Source: Candidatus Woesebacteria bacterium
Lineage (GTDB): Bacteria; Patescibacteriota; Microgenomatia; UBA8517
Reading direction: 5' to 3'
DNA length: 33,509 nt
Assembly: GCA_016432365.1 (NCBI GenBank)
Contig: CP066686.1
Span: 757,992 to 791,500 of the forward strand
The notes beneath the pieces are model-generated. The model saw only the letters and a program-made list of their open reading frames with translations. It ran no database searches and was not told the DNA's origin. Positions 16,641-24,437 of the stretch are shown piece by piece. Every line of letters starts with the position of its first letter. Position 1 is the first letter of the stretch. Made by a program: the position numbers and the translations under genes.

Positions 16641-16642
16641 AT

Positions 16643-16826
16643 TTGACTTTTCCTCACCAACATTATATATTTAAGATGAATTAAATTTCCCGCGTTTGTA
16701 TGCGATTACCAACCGCAGAGTGGGGCGCCTCTTAAGCGAAATTAAGAATAATTAAGTCACTAAAAAGTCGGATGGAACCACCCCTAGCGTAGTCAAAGGG
16801 TTCCGACAAAGAGGTGGCTTTTTTTA
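16643..16826 (+). promoter_or_regulatory. thrS promoter plus T-box-like leader (antiterminator with UGGA bulge, U-run terminator)
   Basis: The promoter is TTGACT 16643-16648, a 17-nt spacer, and TATATT 16666-16671. The antiterminator runs GUCGGA (16767-72), bulge UGGAACC (16773-79), ACCC (16780-83), a 14-nt loop, GGGU (16798-801), then UCCGAC (16802-07). A competing helix pairs CCACCCCU (16778-85) with AGAGGUGG (16810-17) and is followed by CUUUUUUU. Confidence 0.55.
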
Positions 16827-16848
16827 GTTTAAGAGGTAATAATTAAGT

Positions 16849-18636
16849 ATGTCAAAAATTTTAGATGAAAAGTTAGAAAAGATGTCAAAAGAGGAGCAGG
16901 CTTTGTGGTCGTTAAGACACACGGCTGAACATGTTTTGCATACCGCCATGCAAAATCTTTACCCCAAACTTAAAAAGGCAATGGGCCCGGCTACACCCGA
17001 AGGATTTTATTTCGATTTTGACTCGGATGACAAAATCTCGGAAGAGGATTTTTCCAAGATCGAAAAGGAAATGCAAAAGTTAATTGACCAAGATTTGCCC
17101 ATGGCTCAAGAAGATATTTCTGTCGAAAAAGCCAGAGAAATATTTAAAAACAATCCTTACAAACTTGAGTGGATAGATGAAATTGAAAAACGGGGCGAAA
17201 AAGTTTCAATTTACAAAATGGGGGAGATTGACTTGGATCTTTGCAGTGGTCCGCATGTTGAGTCAACCGGAAAACTAAAGGCTTTTAAACTTCTCTCTGT
17301 AGCCGGAGCGTATTGGCATGGGGATGAAAAAAATAAAATGCTGCAGCGGATTTACGGAACAGTATTTCCATCACAAAAAGAGTTGGACGATTATCTAAAA
17401 AATTTGGAATTGGCTAAACTACACGACCATAGAAAACTGGGCAAAGAACTGGAGTTGTTTTCCATTAGCGATGACGTTGGACAAGGTCTGATTCTTTGGT
17501 TGCCAAAGGGGAACATTATTAAAGAAGAAGTTGAGAATTGGGCCAAACAAACTGAAAAAGAATGGGGATACCAAAGGGTTACTACACCTAATATTACAAA
17601 GTCAGGTCTTTACTATACCTCGGGACACCTCCCGTATTATAAAGCGGATATGTATCCGCCCATGACACTTGATGATGGTCAGGAATATTATTTGAAACCA
17701 ATGAATTGTCCGCACCATCATATGATTTATAAAAGTAAACCTCGTAGCTATAAAGATTTACCTTTACGTTTGGCTGAATATGGAACATGTTATAGATACG
17801 AAGCTTCAGGTGAACTTTTTGGCTTAATGAGGGTTAGGGGCTTTGCACAAAACGACTCACATATTTATTGTACAGATGAACAGGCTGTCGAAGAATTTGT
17901 TCAGGTGATGAAACTTCATGAATTTTATTACAAAAGCCTTGGCATTAAAGATTATTATTTGGAGCTTGCTCTTCGCGACCCGGCTGACACTAAAAAATAC
18001 CATGGTAATGAGGAAATGTGGATTCATGCAGAGAAATTGATGAGAGAAGCGGTGAAGAGAGTCGACATTCCGATGGTTGAGAAAGTCGGCAGCGCCGCTT
18101 TCTATGGACCTAAAATAGATTTTATTATCAAAACTTCAATTGGCCGTGAGTTCGCTATTTCTACGAACCAAATCGATTTATATATGGGTGAACGGTTCGG
18201 ACTCAAGTATGTAGATAAAGACGGAACTGAAAAAACACCGGTTATCATTCACCGAGCGCCCCTTGGATCGCATGAAAGGTTTATCGGATTTTTGATTGAG
18301 CATTTCGGAGGCAATTTCCCAACATGGTTAACCCCGGTTCAAGTCAAAATTTTACCAATCACCGAAAAACATTTGGATTATGCGATGAAAGTCAAAAGTG
18401 CGCTAGAACAAGAGGGTATAAGAGTAGAAGTAGATACAAGAAACGAAAGATTGCAGGCTAAAATCCGCGATGCACAGATGGAAAAGGTTAGCTATATGTT
18501 TATTGTGGGGGATAGGGAAGCAGAAGCCAAAGCAGTTGCTGTGAGGAGAAGAGATGGTACGGATCTTGGATCTCAAAATTTAGAAGACTTCATAAAGACT
18601 TTGAAAAAAGAAATTGAGGAGAAGAAAATTAATTAG
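16849..18636 (+). CDS. thrS: Threonine--tRNA ligase (lacks the N-terminal TGS domain)
   Basis: The editing-domain HxxxH (HTAEHVLH) lies at about residue 24. Class II core motifs and a C-terminal anticodon-binding domain are present. The protein is 595 aa. Confidence 0.95.
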   Translation: MSKILDEKLEKMSKEEQALWSLRHTAEHVLHTAMQNLYPKLKKAMGPATPEGFYFDFDSDDKISEEDFSKIEKEMQKLIDQDLPMAQEDISVEKAREIFKNNPYKLEWIDEIEKRGEKVSIYKMGEIDLDLCSGPHVESTGKLKAFKLLSVAGAYWHGDEKNKMLQRIYGTVFPSQKELDDYLKNLELAKLHDHRKLGKELELFSISDDVGQGLILWLPKGNIIKEEVENWAKQTEKEWGYQRVTTPNITKSGLYYTSGHLPYYKADMYPPMTLDDGQEYYLKPMNCPHHHMIYKSKPRSYKDLPLRLAEYGTCYRYEASGELFGLMRVRGFAQNDSHIYCTDEQAVEEFVQVMKLHEFYYKSLGIKDYYLELALRDPADTKKYHGNEEMWIHAEKLMREAVKRVDIPMVEKVGSAAFYGPKIDFIIKTSIGREFAISTNQIDLYMGERFGLKYVDKDGTEKTPVIIHRAPLGSHERFIGFLIEHFGGNFPTWLTPVQVKILPITEKHLDYAMKVKSALEQEGIRVEVDTRNERLQAKIRDAQMEKVSYMFIVGDREAEAKAVAVRRRDGTDLGSQNLEDFIKTLKKEIEEKKIN

Positions 18637-19053
18637 CTAGTCTTCGGAAGAAATCGCTTTAAACTCAGGTTTAAACTCTGTGTATCTCCACCACTTGGGT
18701 GTGAATTTCAAGACGATATGCTCATCATCTAATTTGGCCCCTTCAAATTTCGAAGCAAACACCTTTTCGCATAATTCCGATTCTGCCTCACTAACTTTTT
18801 GAACGATTCCTTCAGACTGGAACTCAATCATTTGCCTCTCATCAAAACCAACCACAAGGGAGGCCGGGTATTCAATACCAGTTTCAAAATGACCGCATTT
18901 TCGGCTCACATTTTTTGTAAAAAAAACAAAATGATTGCCGTCATCTTGCATGGCAAAGTGCATACTGGCCGAATGTGGACTACCATCCGGAAGAAGTGTT
19001 GTCAAAACGGAAACATGTTCCTTTTTCAAAAAATCTAAAACTTTAGCTTCCAT
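18637..19053 (-). CDS. Pyridoxamine 5'-phosphate oxidase-like FMN-binding split-barrel protein
   Basis: MEAKVLDFLKKEHVSVLTTLLPDGSPHSASMHF... matches the PNPOx-like N-terminal pattern. The start is set to ATG 19053. Its stop abuts the thrS stop with zero spacing. Confidence 0.6.
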   Translation of the reverse strand: MEAKVLDFLKKEHVSVLTTLLPDGSPHSASMHFAMQDDGNHFVFFTKNVSRKCGHFETGIEYPASLVVGFDERQMIEFQSEGIVQKVSEAESELCEKVFASKFEGAKLDDEHIVLKFTPKWWRYTEFKPEFKAISSED

Positions 19054-19176
19054 GGCAGCATTATTATACACGATTGACAAAAAGACTTCAGGCACACTCG
19101 AACCAGGCATTTGGCCACAATTTAATACTATCTTGATATTACGCTCAATTTCAGGTAAAATTCCCATGTAACCAAG

Positions 19177-19767
19177 TTGGCAAAACAGAAACTTTTTTGG
19201 CGCACAGATTATCAAATAAGGGCTCCCTCCCTGAGGGTTATTGATTCTGAGGGGAAATTGGTGGGAGTTTTAGCCAAGGATGAGGCTATTAAAAAGGCCC
19301 ATGAGGCGGGACTAGCTCTTATTGAGATCGCGCCAAATGCCGCGCCACCCGTAGCTAAGATTGCCGATTACGGCAAATTTAAGTACGCGGAGGAAAAAAA
19401 GCTAGCCAAACAGAGTAAGGGTGTTAAGGGCGGAGAGGTCAAGGAGATCAGATTCAGTCCGTTCATCGGTGAAAATGACTTCCAGACACGAATTAAGCGG
19501 ATTAGAGAGTTTTTTGACGACAAGAACAAGGTCCGGGTGGTGGTAGTATTTACCGGTCCTCAGATGAGAGTCAAAAACACAGGGTACTTGGTAATTAAGA
19601 GGATCCTTACTGAATTTGGGGAAACGGTCATAACAGACATGCCGCCAAAATTCTTAGGAAAGCATCTGATAACCGTAATATCACAGACAAATAAGGTAAA
19701 GAAAGTGAAAGAACAAGACACTAAAGTGGTGAGTGAGTCAGACGAATCGAACCATGCCAAAAATTAA
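19177..19767 (+). CDS. infC: Translation initiation factor IF-3
   Basis: IRAPSLRVIDSEGKLVGVL...ALIEIAPNAAPPVAKIADYGKFKY is the IF3 N-domain and linker, followed by the C-domain. The start is TTG, and the frame opens only at 19159. Confidence 0.9.
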   Translation: MAKQKLFWRTDYQIRAPSLRVIDSEGKLVGVLAKDEAIKKAHEAGLALIEIAPNAAPPVAKIADYGKFKYAEEKKLAKQSKGVKGGEVKEIRFSPFIGENDFQTRIKRIREFFDDKNKVRVVVVFTGPQMRVKNTGYLVIKRILTEFGETVITDMPPKFLGKHLITVISQTNKVKKVKEQDTKVVSESDESNHAKN

Positions 19768-19954
19768 ATCAAGAAAATCACTAACAAATAGAATAAAGAT
19801 TACCAAAAATGGTAAACTTTTGAGGCGTCAAAGCTTTAGAAGGCATCTTAAAGCAAGCAAATCAAGTAAGAGGTTGGGCAATCTTGCCAAAGTTAAAGAA
19901 GTTGTTGGTTTTCATGCAAAGAAATTTAAAAAGGCATTGGGAGTAAAGAACTAA
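19754..19954 (+). CDS. rpmI: 50S ribosomal protein L35
   Basis: MPKIKSRKSLTNRIKITKNGKLLRR is the L35 signature. ATG 19754 overlaps the infC end by 14 nt. Confidence 0.9.
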   Translation: MPKIKSRKSLTNRIKITKNGKLLRRQSFRRHLKASKSSKRLGNLAKVKEVVGFHAKKFKKALGVKN

Positions 19955-19957
19955 AAT

Positions 19958-20314
19958 ATGAGAGTAAAAAGCGTATCCGCAAGGAGACATCGAAAAATAT
20001 TAGCCAGAGCAAAAGGTTTTAGACAAGCCAGGAATCAAAGGATCCAAGTGGCCAAAGAGGCCGTGGTCCATGCCGGCGCTTACGCCTATGCCGGTCGAAA
20101 GCTTAAGAAGAGAGATCTTAGAGGTCTTTGGATTATTAGAATCAGTGCAGCAGTTAAAAAGTTGGGCGTTTCCTACTCCAAGTTTATTGCCGGACTCAAA
20201 AAGGAAAAAATTGAAATCGACCGCAAAATCCTAAGCGATATCGCAATTCACGACATGGAAACATTCAAAAAAGTAGTTAAAGAAGCTGGATTTGAATTTA
20301 CCCCCGAAAAGTAA
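19958..20314 (+). CDS. rplT: 50S ribosomal protein L20
   Basis: MRVKSVSARRHRKILARAKGFRQARN is the L20 signature. Confidence 0.95.
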   Translation: MRVKSVSARRHRKILARAKGFRQARNQRIQVAKEAVVHAGAYAYAGRKLKKRDLRGLWIIRISAAVKKLGVSYSKFIAGLKKEKIEIDRKILSDIAIHDMETFKKVVKEAGFEFTPEK

Positions 20315-20340
20315 CGGAGGTATTGCTGATTTTAAAGAAT

Positions 20341-20362
20341 AACCTCCGAAAGGAGGTTTTTT
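20341..20362 (+). terminator. Intrinsic terminator of the infC-rpmI-rplT operon
   Basis: The hairpin is AACCTCC, loop GAAA, GGAGGTT, followed by TTTT. Confidence 0.75.
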
Positions 20363-20389
20363 AGTGGTGAAGGTCCAAAACTAACAAAC

Positions 20390-21484
20390 ATGTCGATAGA
20401 AATACAACTAAACATAACACAACCAAACATTAGAAAAGCTCAAATACAAGATTCTGGGAATCTGGCATCTTTGGCAAAGAAAGCCTTTGAAGGATATCCA
20501 TTCGAGTATGTATTCTCGGAAGATGGCACAAAAGAAGCAATCGCCAGAGGTGAGCAAAGGTGGGTAATCTTAAACGAAAACAATCAAATTACAGGTTGTG
20601 CCGTGCTTGGTTTAAGTGATTCCAGAATGGCCGAAGTAATGCGCGTCATGATTGACCCATCTTTACGAAAAAATGGAGCGGCAACATATTTAACAAAAAA
20701 GCTATCATTAGAAGCTATCAGTGAGGAGAAATATGCGTGGGCTGACGTTCGAGGGGATCAAATCGGAATGCAACGTGCAGGAATGGGAGCCAGCATGAAG
20801 GCAATTTCACTCGAGCAGGGAAAACATGTTGTTTATAATCACAAAGATTCAGAAGGAAGAGAACTAGGACCTGCAAGGGAAACCATGGTACACATGACCA
20901 CACTTCCGGTCAACGAACTAGACCTCAAAAATGAGATTGCAAAACTTCCCAACACAATACGTGAACAACTTGCAAACAACCTAAAAAGCTCGTTAAACCC
21001 AACACCAAAGGATCAATCACTAAGCGCTGCTAAATTACCAAATGCCAAGACGACAAAGGAACGAGTTTTAAATAGCATTAATTACAATTCCGAAAAGATT
21101 GGTTCAATCGTCTCAGTTAACAATGATATCAAAAAAATCGAAACAGCCGGAATAAATACGGTTGTTGTTTTGCCGGACGCGTCCGCATTCATTTTGAACG
21201 GCGGTTATTTAGATGAAACAGTAAATTTGTTGACAGCTGTTGGTATACAGGTGGCAACTTACTATTGTGATTTAAATGATGAAAAAATGCAGCAAAAAGC
21301 AATAGACGCCGGAATGGAGGCTGCCTCAATTCGCCCATGGGTAAATGAAAAAACTGGACAAGTTGTTTGGCAAATAGCTTGGAGAAAAACCGCAAACGAT
21401 TACAAAGATTGTTTGCATACAATATCGCTTGACCCACTTGTGGAAAGACAAATTATGAAAATAATTAATGTTATTGAAAAATAA
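20390..21484 (+). CDS. GNAT-like acetyltransferase domain protein with an unassigned C-terminal half
   Basis: The N-terminal ~150 aa carry a GNAT motif A-like MIDPSLRKNGAATYLTKKL. Residues ~180-364 are unrecognised. Confidence 0.45.
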   Translation: MSIEIQLNITQPNIRKAQIQDSGNLASLAKKAFEGYPFEYVFSEDGTKEAIARGEQRWVILNENNQITGCAVLGLSDSRMAEVMRVMIDPSLRKNGAATYLTKKLSLEAISEEKYAWADVRGDQIGMQRAGMGASMKAISLEQGKHVVYNHKDSEGRELGPARETMVHMTTLPVNELDLKNEIAKLPNTIREQLANNLKSSLNPTPKDQSLSAAKLPNAKTTKERVLNSINYNSEKIGSIVSVNNDIKKIETAGINTVVVLPDASAFILNGGYLDETVNLLTAVGIQVATYYCDLNDEKMQQKAIDAGMEAASIRPWVNEKTGQVVWQIAWRKTANDYKDCLHTISLDPLVERQIMKIINVIEK

Positions 21485-21523
21485 ACACTATACGACTGCT
21501 AAAATTGATTTAAAATAACATAT

Positions 21524-22600
21524 ATGGAAAATAAAATTTTAGAATTATCAAAAAAGCTGATATCAGTTCCTTCCGTAAAAGGTGAAACGAAGGAATTGAA
21601 CCGTGTATTGGAAACTGCCAAAAAGGAACTTAAAGGGCATTTTTATAAAGAATATGAAAGCAACGAGGTTCCCAGTATTATTTTTTATAATACTAAAACT
21701 TTGCCCAAAAAATTTAAGTTGATTCTCGACGCGCATTTGGATGTTGTTCCGGGAAATTCCGAACAGTATAAGCCAAAAGTTGTTGGAGATAAGCTTTACG
21801 GACGTGGCGCTTACGACATGAAAGCTGCAGGGGCAGCCGAAATCTTGCTATATAAAGACCTTGCCAAAAAAGTTGATTACCCGTTGGGGCTTCAACTTGT
21901 AACCGACGAAGAAATAGGCGGTTTTAACGGGGCTAAATATCAATTCAAAAAAGGAATCGATGCGGACTGTATTGTTGTGGGTGAATGCTCAAGCGATTTT
22001 ACCGTCAGTGTTGCCTCTAAGGGTGTTCTTTGGTTAAAGATAGATTTTACAGGTGTTGCTTCCCATGCGGCTTATTTATGGGAAGGTAAAAACCCGATTT
22101 ACGAAATGAATCAATTTTTAAACAGACTTTGGAAAATTTATCCAATCCCAACTAAAAAGGTTTGGGAAACAACTGTTAATGTTTCTATAGTTGGCACTAC
22201 AAATGAAACAGGCAACAAAGTTCCGGGCGACGCAAGTGTCCGGCTTGACGCCCGATATATCCCAGGCGAAGGAGAAAAGACTTTAAAGAAAATTAAATCT
22301 TTGCTTCCAAAAAATGCCAAGGTGGAAATATTGGAATTTGAACCGGCAATGAATACGCCGGAATCCGATCCGTACGTTCAGAGTTTTATTAAAACTTCGG
22401 AAATAGCGCTTGGAAAGAAAATTGAAGTTGTTGGAAAAAATGGAGCGTCGGACTTAAGACACTATCCGAAAACAGCGGGGATTGAATTTGGACCAATTGG
22501 AGCGGGTCCACACACCGATAATGAATGGGTTAGTATCAAAAGCCTCAATGTTTATTATAAAATATTGGAATCCTACGTTTTATCACTAAACAGAAAATAA
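21524..22600 (+). CDS. M20 family metallopeptidase (ArgE/DapE-like deacylase)
   Basis: LDAHLDVVPG, YGRGAYDMKAAGAA and VTDEEIGG are the metal-ligand motifs of the M20 family. Confidence 0.8.
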   Translation: MENKILELSKKLISVPSVKGETKELNRVLETAKKELKGHFYKEYESNEVPSIIFYNTKTLPKKFKLILDAHLDVVPGNSEQYKPKVVGDKLYGRGAYDMKAAGAAEILLYKDLAKKVDYPLGLQLVTDEEIGGFNGAKYQFKKGIDADCIVVGECSSDFTVSVASKGVLWLKIDFTGVASHAAYLWEGKNPIYEMNQFLNRLWKIYPIPTKKVWETTVNVSIVGTTNETGNKVPGDASVRLDARYIPGEGEKTLKKIKSLLPKNAKVEILEFEPAMNTPESDPYVQSFIKTSEIALGKKIEVVGKNGASDLRHYPKTAGIEFGPIGAGPHTDNEWVSIKSLNVYYKILESYVLSLNRK

Positions 22601-22603
22601 TAT

Positions 22604-24400
22604 ATGCAAACCAAACAAATCTATTACGAAGATGAATACAAAAAGACTCTCGAGGCAAAAGTTATATCTATCGAAAAATACGACTCGATGGCCAACATTA
22701 TTTTGGATCAAACTATATTTTATCCTGAAGGGGGAGGGCAACCTTCTGATCAAGGTGTAATTAGAGGAAAAAGTGGAAGCCTTGAAGTCCAACAAACCAT
22801 AATTAAGAACGGAGAGGTTGTGCATATTGGAAGGTTAGTCGGTAACTTGGTAGAAAACGAGGTGGTTGAATGTAACATTGACTGGGATCGCAGATATAAA
22901 AACATGCGTACCCATTCTGCAGGACACATTGTAAATGATGCTGTACAAACATTATTCCCAGCGCTGATTCCAGTTGAAGCGGAACACGGTAAAAAATCTT
23001 TTATTAAATATCAAGGTAACCTTAGTCAAATTTCTTCAACAATCATCTTGGAAAAAGCCAATGAAATTATAAATGAAAATTTGCCGATAAAAACTGAGTT
23101 TGTATCCTTTGACGAACTCAAAAAAAGAGCTACATGGATTCCTGAAAATCTACCAAAAAGTAAACCATTAAGAATAATGCAAATTGGGAATTACTCAATA
23201 ATTCCGGATGGTGGAACACAGGTTAAAAAAACTGGTGAAATTATTAGAATTTCTGAAATAAATGTTACAAACAAAGATATTTATGTTTATATTCATTACA
23301 AAATAGAGTCGATTCCAGAACATCCGGAGGTCGAAAATAAAAATCTTGATTCCAATATCAGTTATTCGTCTTACAACTCGAATGATATCATCAATACAAA
23401 AAATCAGGCCATAGCGCAAATTTCCGGTGCCAAAGATAACGAAGAGCTTGAACAAATAAGAATAGATTTATTTGGCAGAAACGGAAAAATAACAAATATT
23501 CTTAAGGGCATTAAAAATGTTCCGCAAGACCAAAGACAACAAATAGGTATTTTGATCAACGAAACAAAAAAAACCCTTGAGGGTATGCTCCTGGATCAGA
23601 AAAACAGTTTTAAAGAGAATGCCCGCGAATGGTTTGACCCTACAATCCCTGGAATTAAAAAGGAAGTAGGGCATGCACACCTCGTTACTCAAGCTATTAA
23701 TCAAATCCAGTCGGTTTTTGAACGAATAGGTTTCAGACGCGCCCGCTACCCCGAGGTTGAATGGGACTGGTTTGCTTTTGAAGCACTAAATATGCCAAAG
23801 GGGCACCCCGCACGCGATGAATGGGAAACTTTTTTTGTCAACAATCCCGAAAATTCCAGATTTGGAAAAATGGTTTTAACACCACACACCTCAAGCGGTC
23901 AAGTTCGCGAAATGCAAAGGTTAAAAGTACCGCCAATCCGTATGATTAATATTGCCAAATGTTATCGGAGGCAATCAGATATATCTCACGTCCAAATGTT
24001 CCATCAATTTGAAGGCATGGTTATTGATGAAAATATTTCTATCGTTAATCTCAAAGGAACGTTAGATTATTTTGCACAAACATTCTTTGGCTCAACGCGA
24101 AAAACCAGGCTTCGTCCGTACCATTTTCAATTTACCGAACCATCTTTTGAGATTGATATCAGTTGCGGTATTTGCAACGGCGTCGGTTGTAAAGTCTGCA
24201 AGGCCGGTTGGTTGGAAATGGGAGGAGCCGGAATGGTGCACCCCAATGTATTAAAAGCCGGAGGAGTTAATCCAAAAAAATATTCTGGTTTTGCTTTTGG
24301 TTGGGGAGTGGAAAGGGTACTGATGATGCAAAGTGGGCTGGCGATTCCGGATGTAAGAATGATTTACAGTCCCGATCTGCGTTTTCTTACTCAGTTTTAG
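22604..24400 (+). CDS. pheS: Phenylalanine--tRNA ligase alpha subunit fused to an N-terminal AlaX-like (COG2872-type) domain
   Basis: Residues 1-235 read YYEDEYKKTLEAKV...DQTIFYPEGGGQPSDQG...IDWDRRYKNMRTHSAGHIV...PDGGTQVKKTGEI. Residues ~262-598 are canonical PheS (FRPYHFQFTEPSFEID, GFAFGWGVERVLMM). Confidence 0.9.
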   Translation: MQTKQIYYEDEYKKTLEAKVISIEKYDSMANIILDQTIFYPEGGGQPSDQGVIRGKSGSLEVQQTIIKNGEVVHIGRLVGNLVENEVVECNIDWDRRYKNMRTHSAGHIVNDAVQTLFPALIPVEAEHGKKSFIKYQGNLSQISSTIILEKANEIINENLPIKTEFVSFDELKKRATWIPENLPKSKPLRIMQIGNYSIIPDGGTQVKKTGEIIRISEINVTNKDIYVYIHYKIESIPEHPEVENKNLDSNISYSSYNSNDIINTKNQAIAQISGAKDNEELEQIRIDLFGRNGKITNILKGIKNVPQDQRQQIGILINETKKTLEGMLLDQKNSFKENAREWFDPTIPGIKKEVGHAHLVTQAINQIQSVFERIGFRRARYPEVEWDWFAFEALNMPKGHPARDEWETFFVNNPENSRFGKMVLTPHTSSGQVREMQRLKVPPIRMINIAKCYRRQSDISHVQMFHQFEGMVIDENISIVNLKGTLDYFAQTFFGSTRKTRLRPYHFQFTEPSFEIDISCGICNGVGCKVCKAGWLEMGGAGMVHPNVLKAGGVNPKKYSGFAFGWGVERVLMMQSGLAIPDVRMIYSPDLRFLTQF

Positions 24401-24437
24401 TTTCGGATTTAGATATTCGAATTTCGAATTTAATCAA

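Noticed and set aside
24401-24437. TTCGAATT direct repeats and the ATTCGAAT palindrome between pheS and pheT, also seen upstream of dinB.
   Set aside because: The motifs are short, AT-rich and few in number. I cannot distinguish a regulatory site from chance in AT-rich spacers without a genome-wide count.
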